This document shows, one piece after another, positions 39,600 through 52,363 of a DNA stretch of 64,000 nucleotides. The DNA comes from Takakia lepidozioides. Lineage: Eukaryota; Plantae; Bryophyta. Where the stretch lies: contig CM060731.1 in the NCBI GenBank assembly GCA_030704615.1, positions 29,016,001-29,080,000 on the forward strand, written 5' to 3'. Every line of letters starts with the position of its first letter. Position 1 is the stretch's first letter. Below the pieces are notes generated by a model. That model was not told the origin of the DNA. It did no database searches and saw nothing but the letters and a program-made list of their open reading frames with translations. Both the position numbers and the translations under genes were made by a program.

Positions 39600-40445
39600 A
39601 TTTCATTGCAGACATAGATGATGACCTACAACTTAAGACACTATTCGGATTTTCAGCCACCCACATTTGACAGTGTGAGCGTCGTTAGGATGTCTATTGA
39701 AAGTCTCCTCGTCACATTTGTTGGCAATGTTTCTGATATCATGCGACAACAAGAACGTATCTCGGGTAACCTCCAACCCGCCTTCCATGATGTCTTTCAC
39801 TTTTTGTGTGTGGTTCGCCATTATTTTGTTAATAGAGAGGCCTAGGCGCAGCTGGTGTAGGATCCACGCTCTCATGTCGTTACTAAGATGAGGTGCGATA
39901 GCATGCCGCAACTTCTCATAGGAAGGCCCGTCAACAGGAACACCATGTCTATTGACGTGGTTTTTTCATTTTTGGGCCGTCTGTCTTTTCTGATCTGCAT
40001 AACAACCATAGAATGGTTTGTAGGATTGTAAGAGCAATGGTACCTAAGCAGAAACGAGCATAGCATTAGAGAAACGACAGAGGTTCAGGGACATGCATTG
40101 TTGACATGCACGAACCATTGCAGAAATACGTGAAAGGATTGTAGATAATCACCTTGTCATTTGCAAATAGTTGTTGATCCGTGGAGCATGCAGGGCACCT
40201 TCATGGGTGACAGATTGCCGTTATTTGGTGAACTTACAAAGGGCATTTGAGCGAGCCGACTCTCCTGCAATGAAGTCATCAACCCGATACCATGGAACCG
40301 CGACATCGGCTGTCCTACAGTCAGGTGCACCTCCATCCCATTGGGACCTCCATGTCAATACATGGTGTGTGAACGTGCCTGGGGAAGGGGTCTGCACGGC
40401 AATCCGCAATTTTGTGACCAAGCGAGGAGCAACAACATCTGGCAA
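39600..40445 (-). pseudogene. N-terminal half of a MULE-type transposase related to the plant SWIM-finger family At4g13970/At1g60560
   Basis: Motifs VAVPWYRVDDFIAGES, RYHCSYNP, APHLSNDMRAWILHQLRLGLSINKIMANH, RDTFLLSHDIRNI and HPNDAHTVKMWVAENPNSV recall that family. Stops and frameshifts are present and the DDE core is missing. Confidence 0.75.
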
Positions 40446-41226
40446 TGGGGCGTTGGCACGAGAGTGCAGTGGTTCGAAATGGAAGTAGAACGCACGTATT
40501 TGGAAGCATAATGCTATAGAAGACGGTGAGATACAAGATTCAAATTCTTGACCTCAATGTACAAATGTCAAGGCGGGAACAACCGCAACCTTCTTGCATT
40601 TTCAATTTTGAAATTTGAATTTCAAATACCTTCCATAAATGAGGCATGTGCAGTTCATGTGTGGGTTGGACATGGATGGGGTGGATGCATGGGTATGAGG
40701 ATGCATGCATGCATGTGGACTGCATGGGTTTTGGGGATCATGTAATTTGGCCATTCATGTATTGAACCGCGGGTCGGTGAAGCGACCGCGGAGGGTGGGT
40801 CCACCCTGGGCTGTCAGGGCATTCAACTCCCCGGGCACTTCCCGCGCAATTGTATTACTTGGCATAGGCCCCCTTTGTCCAAACGGAATGAGGGTCAGAA
40901 CAGCAGGTGGTATGGGTTTTTCCATAGGTGGTGCAAAAAGGGAGTAGGTACTTAGGGGCTCTCAAGACTGCAAGAAACATGATATGCAGTCAACCGATGA
41001 ACTGCATGAATTTGAAAGCTTAGTCTGGTTACGCATTTTATCAACAAGTGGAGAATGTAAGCACAATGAGTTCATGGAAGAGTGACACCCACTGGAGGAT
41101 TGAAACATAACTGCAACACAACAATTACTTTTGAAAGGATAACCTGGGCGGCAAAATCATACCAAGACTCAATCGTAAGCTAGAAAGAGAGAATGTTAAA
41201 AAACAGAAAATTTTAGGAAGGAGGTA

Positions 41227-44200
41227 TCAGCGACGATATGGAGAGTAACGAGGCGAGCGAGAGCGCTCCCAGCGGTATCCACGGTAAGGAGAGTAGCGTG
41301 GAGAGCGTTCTCTGTCCCGCGTATCCCGACCATCACGACCACCCCGATATGGTTCATAGCAAGGAGAACGACGTGCTCCATAGCCATCTCTTCCATCGTC
41401 TCTCCCTCCATAGCCCCCACCATAACCTCGTGAGCGAGCTTGCATGGCAGCTGCAAAATACATCAAAACACCCAGATAGAGAATGTGTCAGTTCCTGGGA
41501 TGTTGGTGCAACACAGGTTAAGTTACTATTCCTCCGTGAACCTCCACAAAAGGTGACAACCCTTGAAATGCCAGCTATCAGTGGCTTGCAAGCTCCAAGA
41601 ACCTGACTACAGTAGAAAAAGCCAGTTGCAGTATTTCACCTTGGTATGCCCTTCTTCATGTGCTCGAAGAAAAAAGCAGCAAACCAACAAATCCCATCAT
41701 GCATAAGCATCACATAGCCCTTACATGTACCTCTTACACCAAGATATTCGCCGGGGGTGGGGGTTCTGGCTCGCTTCCGTTTAGCCTGCACCAAAAAAAT
41801 CTTAGTACACAATGGTAATCATAGCTTCTGAAGCCATGAATCATAGCAGGTAGTACAATCTGTTTCAACAAAAATGTAAAAGCATAGTACGGAAAACCTG
41901 AGGAATGACCTCAATACTCCAGACAACCTCAGTACAGGGCACGCTTCCATCTATGTTTCCACTATGACTAGTAGGGGCCTCAGATACTTTAAGGTTAGGC
42001 TATCACACCAAAATCACATGGTCATGTTAGTCAAACACAATCGCTGGGACGGCTAATTAATACCCAGTCACGTCTCAGCACAAATGCATAGAAAATCCAC
42101 TCCGATTGGCAGGAAGGGAAGGGCAAATCCAAGGTTAAGTGAATTTCAGTACCAAAATCGGACCCTTAACTTTTCTTCCTACCATAAGCACAGGTGTAAT
42201 TACCAAATTCTCCGAGTGGAAGTGAAAACACAAGAATGGGCCTTTACATGCAAGGTAGGTAATGCATTATTTCAGAAATATAAAATCAGAAGTTACACAA
42301 AGATGTCGTGTAATGTACTGTCAACACAGTTCCATGCCCAACGACTTCTGCATGGGAAAAGGGTGGAAGGAGAACCTTCAGGGCAAAGGCAAAATGAGGA
42401 AAGAAGACACACACACAACACAAGAGGCAAACCAGATGATAGTATGAGAATAGAAGGATTCACCAAAAGGCCTAGAGTGGATTGCTGCTATTCGAGTAAA
42501 ATGCTGCCCCAACCCACCTCAACGAACAAAGGACTCGCAGAGACTGATTGGGATGGCAGGCGCAGTTAGAATTGGGTTGAAAACAGATTGTGCAACTCTG
42601 TTGCAGCAGATGTGCTATGGTTGTGGTGCAATGGCTGGTGTTTGGTGGGGCCCACAGTGAGTTAGCAGCACCAGCATGGCAAACTTGAAAGCAGTGATGC
42701 AAAATCAGTGTATTTGAGGCAAACAATGGAATCTGTCTGCCTTGCCCTCTACAACCAACTGAAAGATGCCAGATTCAGCGGATGCAAAAGGAGAATGCTG
42801 AAGCAGGGAGCCCAGCACCGAGCCTTGATCACATCCACTTGAAGTTACATTCGATTCGAGTGCAAATTTGGTGGGTGATATTTTTGTTGTGAGTTTGTGG
42901 TGCAAAGCTCCATTCGGTCTTGAATGCCTCAGAGAGACAATATTAACAATCGCTGTACTTGCTCGGAGGTCATGTTCGCTAGGGCACACCAGGTCGCACA
43001 ATCTAAACCACTGCACAGTTGATTGACGCAGAAGCCGTATGTTCTCTGGACGACCAATGGTTCCAAGGAAGACACGCAATCCAATTAGCACTAACCCGTA
43101 TCAGCTCCACTAACCCCTACCAAAGACTAGATATGTCATGCATATAATTGTCACATAACTTCTAGTAACTTAGTTGTCCAGCTTAACTTCTATTTGCCCA
43201 TGTCGAGCCCTATTCTCTTGCGGCTATCTGCATCCCTAAAGGCCATCCACATGTAACGCGTGTGTTGAGTGGAAAAGTAGAGACAAAGGCAGGTGGAATT
43301 ATTTCAATTCAGCCTTGCAGATTTTAGATGAGGTTTCAAGGACAGAGCAAGGCAATCAAAGAACTCACCTTTTCCACAGTTATGATGAGGCCCTCAAGAG
43401 TGGAGCGGTTGAGATATTTGATGCAGTGATCAGCATCCCCACTGGTTTCCATGGTCACAAAAGCAAACCCTCTTGACTCTCGGGTGCGAGGATCCACCAC
43501 AAGGCGACACTCCGTCACCTGTTAACCATATGATCAGAGATGAACACAGTTAAGTATTAGGATCAGCTTTACTAGTTCATAAACAAACATGGGCTTTGAG
43601 ATAATGCATGACATGTGCTGCAAAACCCTGAGTACACGCAACGACAATACAGACTGTGAGCAGGGACAGTGCAATGTAGCATTACTTGTACTTAAAACAT
43701 ACTAAACCCAGTTCAAAGCATGAATCAATACCCTGCCTTGACCACATCCTCAAGACCAATCACACTTCAAATATAAAATTACCCAAAGACATTTGAAAAC
43801 TTCAGGATGTACCTTCCCTTCACCAGAGAAGTGTTCTTCCAACCCCTTCTCAGTCACATGGGTGGACAGACCTGTTACATATAAGTTGTTTCCCGGGTTG
43901 AGAGCATCCTCCCTTGATCCACTATCCCTGTTTCCAACACAACAAGACACACAGTTTCAGTCTGCTGCACCCCTGCTGCTATGCCCTACCCAGCAGAAAC
44001 TCCACAAACCACCGACCAAAGCCCCTCCATAGTGAATATGACAAAACGTTTCCAATTCCAAACGTGCATCTCATATTTTGTGATTTCTCCAGCAAAAGAT
44101 AGTCTCGATCAATCCATTTCCTTTATCTCAGCTTCATTCCTGGTCTATCACTACGTTCCCAACCACACCGAGGTCACCATGACGACGCCATCCATACCAC

Positions 44201-44936
44201 AAAGGGTTACATCAGCACAACAGAATTTACTAAAACACAAGGAAGCACTAGAGCGCGGAGATGTGAAAGGCACCAAACCTTCTAGGAGGGGTGCATGACC
44301 TTGAACGTCCTCGGGATGTGCGCCTTGGGGATGGTGAATTGGTGTATCTGCACAGACCCACATATATAAAATTATTCTAGAACTCGTTTCAACCATGCTT
44401 ACTTTACAATCCCCTGACATGAAATGACGACAATTTTCTTTAAAAAACTGCAAAGCATCTCTAGTTGTGTCACCACAGAGCTCACCTGCTGCGCCTGGGA
44501 GATTCACCCTGCTCCACAACACGACACCAAAAACATCGTGAGATTATGAGATCGTATGTGCAACCTAAAAATCTCTGCCACTCAGAAAACTATGTTGCAA
44601 GGCCTGACAATCAAATCAAAAATGTACTTCAGAACCAGTATGGAAATCTAAAAAACATCATTTTCATTTATCCAGATATAGTGACAAGATATAATGACAA
44701 CCCATTCTCGTAAAGCACACAAGGACCCTAGTGCGAAAGGGACTGGCGAGGATGATTAGTACGTCAGACTATTCGGATACAAGCAAGCCTATCTTTGTTT
44801 ACCAAGAGGGCAAGGGAAACAACAGCCTCGCACTAAAAACACCCAACTGCAGCTTGAATACAAACACCCGAAAGACAACATTTGTAAGCCCCATCCCTGA
44901 AAGCAAGCAAGCAGGGTGCCAAAATTGGCTCACCAT
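41227..44936 (-). CDS. SR45a: Serine/arginine-rich splicing factor SR45a (Tra2-like; RS-RRM-RS), 212 aa
   Basis: Coding exons 44936-44934 (ATG only), 44508-44486, 44347-44279, 43927-43813, 43518-43369, 41785-41731 and 41450-41227 total 639 nt, all GT-AG. RNP2 NLYVTGL, RNP1 RGFAFVTM, the signature AKRKRARTPTPGEYLG and a C-terminal RSPRYSPY are present. Confidence 0.9.
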
Positions 44937-45129
44937 GGTAGAGCTTCGTCAAAGATCCGGATGTTCGCACTGCAATCGCAAGAGCGCACCTCAACAGATC
45001 GGCACGGTCAATGCTGTATTCCCAGCTCCTCTCACCTATTACGCCGCTATCGGTCACCGGACCACCTCTGACCGGCTGTCGCCCGTCTCCCTCGCATGTG
45101 CGGACGGATGCTTACATTAGTAACCCGCT

Positions 45130-45137
45130 ATTTTATA
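45130..45137 (-). promoter_or_regulatory. Probable TATA box of SR45a
   Basis: TATAAAAT on the minus strand about 200 bp upstream of the ATG. Confidence 0.5.
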
Positions 45138-47049
45138 GGCCCTAGGGACTATAACCCTCAGCTTCCTAGGGCTGTTTGGATGAACCATCTTTAACTTTGG
45201 TAGATGAAGTCTTTTTACATTCATTCCTTCTTATAGCGCATGAGGTGGCACCCCGGCTCCAATTTATTGCATGCTATTTGGAGCACGTATGTGACCTCCA
45301 CATTTTCTTAGTTAGAGCCTGTTTCATGTAGACCCGACCCCTTCCAATGACATCATCATTGGAATGGGTTTGACGAAAGGCCCAACCAATCTCTGTCCAT
45401 GTAGCCACCTGTTCTCCCAAGACGATCCGGTTGTGTTGCCTCTTTCATGTGTGTGCTTCACACACAAGAGACATGATGATTGCCAAAACCAATCTGCTAT
45501 AGCAGGTGAAAGTCAAAGATCGGGACCCAATCTCCTAACTTCCAGCTTTTCACAAAGAATCGGGAGATCGGACCCGAGATAGGGTTTGGGTCAAGATTTT
45601 GCACATAGAAGTGCCCGGCGGACGTTTAAAACCCGGTCATGACATCACCCTTTTGGTCGGGTTTGACCACATGGAAGGACGCCCTTAACCCCTAAGCGCC
45701 GGGAGTGTTTTTGGTGCGCCACCTCAAAAATGGGACCCACTGCCACCTCCCAGGCCATATCTGCCAGCAGGAGTTCATCCACGGAAATGAACCTTAGGAA
45801 GTGGCAGTTACCTACTACATGCAAGTGGTGAGAAAATTAGGGAAGGAATGACCGTCACGTTTGGGAGATTATAACAATTTATCATGGGGTTTTTTCCAAC
45901 TCCAAGGAAATTTCGAAAGAAAAATGAGATTTGACCAAGCCAATTTGCCCTGATGTTGTTTTTTCCTGAGGCCCGGTCCACCTCAGTCAAAATTCTTGCA
46001 GGATTACAGGTGTCCTCAAAACCTTCTAGCAGTTTCCTAGCGAGCAATCATTATGTGCGGTCATAGGCCTCGCTACCCTATTTGAGAGAGCACTTGCACG
46101 GAAAGAAAACCGGTGAGTGGTGCCTTACAGGGGCACACCCAGCCACGAGTAGCCGGGCCGACTACCTTACCTGCCAAGGGATGTCTGCTGGCCGGTACAT
46201 CGTTGCAATTTCCGGGGACTAAATGGCCCACCCAAAAGGGACCCATGTTTCCTCGACTTCCTTCTCCTCCACCCACCAATTTTCTGACCCATGTCCATTT
46301 AACTTAACCCCTAAAGGCCGGCGCGACCTGAATCGGGTCGCAGCCATTTTCATCCACGGAATAACTTCAATGGATGAAAGCGGATGAAAAAACTTTCTGA
46401 ATGAAAGTGAGCGGGACACTTATGGCCACATGCTCCACTTTACTGCGCCCCCAAAAACCCTAAACTCCGCCCGCTAGGATTTTTCAAAGTGGAAATCTAG
46501 CGTTGACTTGCCTACGTGGCAAGCCAAATGAGGAATCTTGAAAACAACATCTAGGGTTCAGATTTTATCCAATGCCAAAATTTTGGGCCATTCCTCTTTT
46601 CTTTTGGGCAATGCAGGATTGCACCAGAGGGAAATCAATTCTGTAAAAATTGCCAGGATCTATGTGGGTTAGTATTTTCCAGTGTTGTTTGGACCCCCCT
46701 AATTGCACATACAAAGGTGCCATGTCATTGTTTTGGAATTTGGCCCTCCAATTCCTCTTTTTTTCTCTGTGGCAGGGTGAGAGAGAGGGCCTTCGTGGAA
46801 ACTCACCTGGCACATATGCTCTACAGAGTGCAAGAAGTGGGCACAGCACCGCTGACTGACTTCCAAAAATCCCTCGATCCCGAGCTGTACATGAAGTCCC
46901 TTGCGAAAGAGGATCGCACCTGGTACCGACCAACACTGGACGCCATGGTGGAGATCCTCTATTCGGTGAGGTTCATCTCAAATTCCCGATTTAATGCTAT
47001 TTGTTGCAGGGTGCAAAATCCTTCAGTGTGGCCTCCACAAACTTTGCGC

Positions 47050-48377
47050 ACACAAATCTCCTTGTGAAGCAAGGGGCAGGCACACCGCCCTGCGGGCTCC
47101 TCCGAATCATCTCATTGCATCTCTGGATGGTGTCGACACGAACAACACAACATTTGCCACGAAATGACGGACGGGTCCGTGCAATTCTCCACTGCGAGGC
47201 CGACACATCTCGCTCCACGATTGGGATGCTGTATTGGGTAACGATAATAGGAGCATCATGATCATCCTCGGGATGTTGTCCCGAGTCTGGCAGCGATTCC
47301 ATGGATGCTACAGGAGAGGGGATACGAGTCCTGCTGGAAGGAGGCGTGGGACGCAACATCGTTGCGCCCCGAGGTTGAGTGCGGATGTTCATATATGATC
47401 TCCATGAATGGCCATTGCCTCCGGGCATGTCCTGAATTCTTCTCTTCACCGGCCGGCTGCGGACATCGCCTTCCAAGCAGTTCCCTGGACTGTGTAACGG
47501 CGTTGACCTTATTATTTCCCGCAGTACAGCAATCCATTTTTTGGGATCATTCGAACGAGGCGCCACCCTCATCAGCATCTCCTGTCTGTCTGGTCCGATA
47601 CCCCATTGTTTTTCTCCCATAAACTGGTAGTAACTAGATTGTTGCATGATGGCCCTCACAATATCTTCTGTTGTTGCTGTCAACATGTCAACGAGATGTG
47701 TTGCAGAGGAAGCACGCCAGGAAGAGTGTACCGATTCGGCCATGTTTGTCGTCGGTATATCCGTGTCATCCTCCAAGCTCATGTCCTGTTGAAGGAAATT
47801 AGAAATGTCACTCACTGTGGAGAATGTCCAAGCACAAAACAGAACAATTGTCAAGTACAGAAATGTGTTACCTGTCTCATGTAGTCTCCAAACTGGCGGA
47901 ATCTATAGTGCCACCACGCAAGCCACGTTTGCGGTTATGGCTGATCTTTCACATCCACTGCCCCTGAAGACACCCACCAGGCACGTATGGTTGCAAACTC
48001 GGTCTCGCCTCGTCGATGGAATTCGCATTTTTTCACGCAAGGCACATACTGATATGATCTTGCCGATGGCATGACACCACGAATCTTTTCGTGTTTTCTG
48101 TCAAACTCTGCATGAAGTGAAACCCGCAAGATCTCTCCTTACCTTCCATTGGAGTCTTTGGGTCGTCCCCATATACCCTTCTCACTGTAGCCCAGTTCGT
48201 CTGGGCATTGTCAGCCATGAAGCCCGTAAAAACGGGAGGGGGAAACTTTGCTCTCGCCATTTGCTCATTAATTATGCGCCACATATGCAACTCCGAATCT
48301 GTGTCTTCTCCTTTCATTTCGCAGATAGCAATGGTCGTCAACTTTCTGCAATGTGGGTGTCGTGCGCATACATATCG
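47050..48377 (-). pseudogene. MULE/Mutator-type DDE transposase remnant
   Basis: TIAICEMKGED, FTGFMADNAQTNW (second catalytic D), RSCGFHF (CxxH), WLAWWHYR, PTTNMAESVH (TNxxE, catalytic E) and a Cys-containing C-terminus. Stops and frameshifts are present. Confidence 0.82.
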
Positions 48378-48429
48378 CTACACAACTACATTACTGTCCA
48401 AAACCACACAACATATGTGCACGCCACAC

Positions 48430-48542
48430 ACTAGTATACCACTAGTCCACCACTAGTCCAGCCACTAGTCCAACCACTAGGCTACAACTAGTCAGTCATT
48501 AGGCTGCCACTATGCTACCCACTATGACAGTCACTAGTCCAC
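48430..48542. repeat. Degenerate 10-12-bp minisatellite (CCACTAGTCCA-like)
   Basis: cactagtataccactagtccaccactagtccagccactagtccaaccactagg... Confidence 0.85.
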
Positions 48543-49005
48543 ACAATGATAAAGAAGAAAAATACAAGCACAAGCTCATGCGAACTCACAAAACTGAAGC
48601 ATAAACTCATGCATATATATCCTCATCACTCAAATACAAGTCAAGCCAAGTGCACCCCACGCCATGGGGAATCCACACTACGGCGCCATAGCTAGGCGCG
48701 GTGGGAAGACAATGATGTCGTCTGCTTTCGGAACAACGAGTCCCGTCTGGCGTCGATACATGTGATTCGGGCACGACATGGCCTCGCGACACAGCAAGAA
48801 CACAGAGCAGGGGGGAGATAGGCACAGAAGAGAAGAGTGAAGAGCAAAATGAGAGCGAGGCCGGCGGAAGAGGGATATATCATTGCTGCACTGCCAATGT
48901 CGTATGCGGCAGAACTTGAATTTCCTCCCACATGTGTGCTTTTATTAGACAAATCCGCACCAGTTTCAGGACAGTTTGCATCTGGCACTTGTCGGCCCTA
49001 TTCTC

Positions 49006-49340
49006 AATTTTGGCGCCGTTATTGGCAAAACTCCGTCACCGGAAGCCGGGTATTTGCTCTCCGGAGCCTGATTTCGGCGTCGTTATTGGTTGCACTCTGG
49101 AGGCTTCAGCCGGTATTTGGTTTCCGGACCCCAATTTCGGCCCCGTTATTGGCTGCACTCCGGAGGCTTCAGCCGAGTATTTGGATTCCGGACCCCAATT
49201 TCGGCGGCGTTATTGGCTGCACTCCAAAGGCTTCAGCCGGGTATTTGGTTGGCGGAGCCCAATTTCGGCACCGTTATTGGCTTCACTCCCGAGCCTTCAG
49301 CCTGCTATTTCTTTTCCTGTGCCCAATTACGGCGCCGTTA
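49006..49340. repeat. About five copies of a 63-64-bp tandem repeat (subterminal array)
   Basis: The unit AATTTCGGC..CGTTATTGGCTGCACTCCGGAGGCTTCAGCCG.GTATTTGG..TCCGGACCCC starts near 49006, 49070, 49133, 49197 and 49261. A further isolated motif lies near 49457. Confidence 0.92.
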
Positions 49341-52300
49341 TACCCAACCATCTTGCACATCTACAACAGTACTATCCACGGTTACAGGTCCCCATTGCGT
49401 TTTCGGAGTCTGCAAACCCGGATCCTAATTCCGCTTGCGTCCCTTCCTCTGGGGGAATTTCGGTGCCGTTATTGGCCAGGATTCTGTTTTTCTATGACCT
49501 GGCCTGGCGGTCCATGAGCTTGGGCTCCAAGTCATGAGCGGATACTGGTAGTTATGAGTGGAGTGCTTCCGGCATGAGCACGGAAATCTTCGAAAACCTT
49601 CTCTTCTTATACTACTTTCGATTATTTTATCATTTTGGGCCCGAAAAAAACCTGCCGAAATTCGTAGTGTGTTACTGGCGGCTCATGGGTGAGCCATGCC
49701 CGCTCATGAGCTCATGGAATAGCAACCCCCCGTGTCATTACAGTGTCTCCCACCATGTAGCACGCGTTGAAGGCAGCTTTGGTGAGGAAGAGAACAGGAA
49801 GTTTGATCCAGGCTCATCACATTAATGCTCGAGTTGATCCAGGACCAATTGAGATTGAGGTGGAAATTGTCGACTACCGAATACGCCATTGCTTAGTGGA
49901 TGGTGGCAGTTTAGTCAATATCATGCCCCGTCCAACATTGGCAAAGCTCGGACTACACATGACAGGGAAGTCCCCTCTCATCATCTGCTTAGCCGATTAG
50001 CGTAAGATCAGACCTGTTGGCTATGTGACAAATGTCCGAATGAAGACCGGAGGATCCACGTACACGGTGGAATTCCAGGTAATTGATTTCCCCATAGATG
50101 GGTATTCTACGCTCCTACTGGGATGACCATGGCTGATGCAGGCCCACTCAGTGCGGCGATTAGGAAGAAGCCAAGGCTTTCGGAATTCTCCGTCAAGATT
50201 CTAGGCCCCAGACTCTACGAATGTGGGTCTGATTCGGATTGCCTAGAATGGTTAGATAGAGGATACAATTTGAGGGAAGTGACAATACACATGACCTATG
50301 CGGAAGAATCTAGCAGCTCTGCGTTTGGAGGCATGGTGTCTGAACTTTTCTCCATTTCCGCCGATCAGATTGGTCTGAATGACAAGGTCACTCAGGTGGA
50401 GGTCGGCGACCCTATCAACATGCGTTTTGTGGAGGAGGACAAATTGACCCGAGATGTTGTCCAGCACAGTCTCCCCTACATACCATACTTGCAACAAACA
50501 ACCTCGAGAGGTGAGGACAAGACCTCGTATACCTCTGAACCGGAAACTCAACTGGTGGACATGTCAGTGGGAGGAGAACCCCCACGAATGGTGAAGGTTG
50601 GAGCTCAGCTAAGCTCTGACAAAGTAAGTGAGTACCAAATGTTGTTCAGAGAATTCAGAGATGTTTTTGCATGGTCATACAGTGAACTAAGGGGAGTGCC
50701 CTCTTATATTGCTATGCACTCGATTCCATTGCTTCCGGATGCAGTACCGAGAAGACAACGAGAACGAAGGGTGAATCCCAACCTTGCTCTACTGATCAAA
50801 GCAGAGGTTGAGAAGTTATTAACTGCCAAATTCATCTTCCCCATCGAGACATCAACCTGGGTATCCCCTATGGTGATTGTTCGCAAAAAAAACAGGGGGA
50901 TTGCGTGTCTGTGTGGATTTCCGACCATTGAACAAGGTAACACACAAAGACCATTTTCCCTTGCCGTTTATCGACACGCTAGTGGAAGAAGTGGCAGGAA
51001 AAGAAATTTATTATGGATTCTCGGGCTACAATCAAGTATTGATAGACCCAAAAGATGTGTTGAAGACCACGTTCACGTCACCTTGGGGTACTTTTGCTTA
51101 CACAAGGATGTCATTCGGTCTTTGCAACGCTCATTTAACCTTCCAACGTGTCATGACGTATGTTTTCTCTGACATTGTGAGGAAGAATTTAGTAATATTT
51201 TTGGATGATTTCTGCTGCAATGGTGACGAGAAGGATCATGTGAGCGCCTTGCGGGAATGTTTCATCCGTTCTCGGGAGAATGGTATCTCTCTCAATCCTA
51301 TGAAGTTTGTATTTGCAGTCACTCATGGACTTTTATTGGGGCACATTGTGTCCAAAGACGGAGTGGCGATGGACCCTTCGCCGTCATCGTCAATTTACCA
51401 CCTCCAGAGATGCCCTCGAAAGTGAAAGGATTCCTTGGCCACACAGGGTGGTATAGGAAATTTACGGACAAGTATGTAGAAGAGGCATTACCAATGACGC
51501 GCTTGGTTAAGAAGAACCAAGTGTTTTCATGGGATGCATGATGTCAAGAGTCTTTTGAGATCTTGAAACAAAGGCTAATCTCAGCCCCAGTTTTGGCAGC
51601 ACCGGACTGGAACAAACCTTTTCATGTTTATGTTGATGCTTCGACAGCGGTGGCCGTAGGATGTGCCCTATGCCAGCCGGATGCAGAGGGTCGTGATCAC
51701 CCCATAGCATTTGCTAGCCGTCAGCTCAACTTTGCAGAGACAAGGTATAGCACCACGGAGAGGGAGGTGCTGAGCATGATATTTGCGGTTAAGAAATATA
51801 GGCATTATCTGCTTGAGACCCCTTTTACGTTTTTTGTTGATCACATGGCTCTACGCTACCTCATTAACAAACCAGACTTGTCAGGACGCATAGCCAGGTG
51901 GATCATTTTGCTACAGGAGTTTGATTACAAGGTCGTTTACAAGCCGGGCAAGTTGAACGCTCAGGCAGACCACCTCTCTCGACTTTCAGACGAACTAGGC
52001 GTGGAGGCAATAGATGACGATTTTCCTGATGCATTTCTCTTCCTCAGGGGGGGAAGATGATTATGATATTACTGGTTCTACAGAGGAACCTTTTGACATG
52101 GCGGAGGACTATGCACTCCAGATGGCAGAGAAGAAACGACGGGGATCTCCTATGCCTGGGAGGTTACCTCATTATCAACAATAGGAGGGTCAGACATTTC
52201 CATTTGGTGCTCAATCGCCTCCATCAGCCAGTGACAGGGCTCGAGCTCGCACACAAAGCCCTTCAAGAGACGCTCACCGACAAAAGGGTGTGCGCTCACA

Positions 52301-52363
52301 AAGGGTTGCTGTTCCTAAACAGTAAACCGTGAGGACACGATTTTTTGAGGGGAGGAGGGGTAA

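Larger units (their letters stand above)
37377..40872. mobile_element. Internally deleted Mutator-like (MULE) DNA transposon with 10-bp TIRs, carrying convergent Ulp1-like and transposase genes
   Basis: GGGGCCTATG at 37377-37386 and its exact reverse complement CATAGGCCCC at 40863-40872 bracket the two gene remnants. No TSD was found. Confidence 0.7.
46776..49730. mobile_element. Second Mutator-like transposon remnant; left end not found
   Basis: It holds a minus-strand DDE transposase remnant, convergent plus-strand exons (46776-46965, 47010 onward) and subterminal tandem repeats. A putative right end TAGCAACCCC at about 49720-49730 abuts gypsy sequence. Confidence 0.65.

Noticed and set aside
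37260-40865. LTR pair flanking a retroelement
   Set aside because: The direct repeats lack TG..CA ends, PBS and PPT. The enclosed genes are DNA-transposon type and a separate TIR pair explains the structure.
45327-46500. LTR starting TGTAGACCC
   Set aside because: No matching second copy, PBS or defined end, and it does not match the LTR at 52364. Left unannotated.
49006-49340. CRISPR-like array
   Set aside because: Eukaryotic context, whole units are repeated with no unique spacers, and there are no cas genes.
48837-49537. Long overlapping ORFs (226, 201 and 112 aa)
   Set aside because: They are by-products of the GC-rich 64-bp tandem repeat; the translations are repetitive with no domain.
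49663-49669. CACTA terminus (CGTAGTG)
   Set aside because: No partner CACTAC end was found and the adjacent transposase is Mutator-type.
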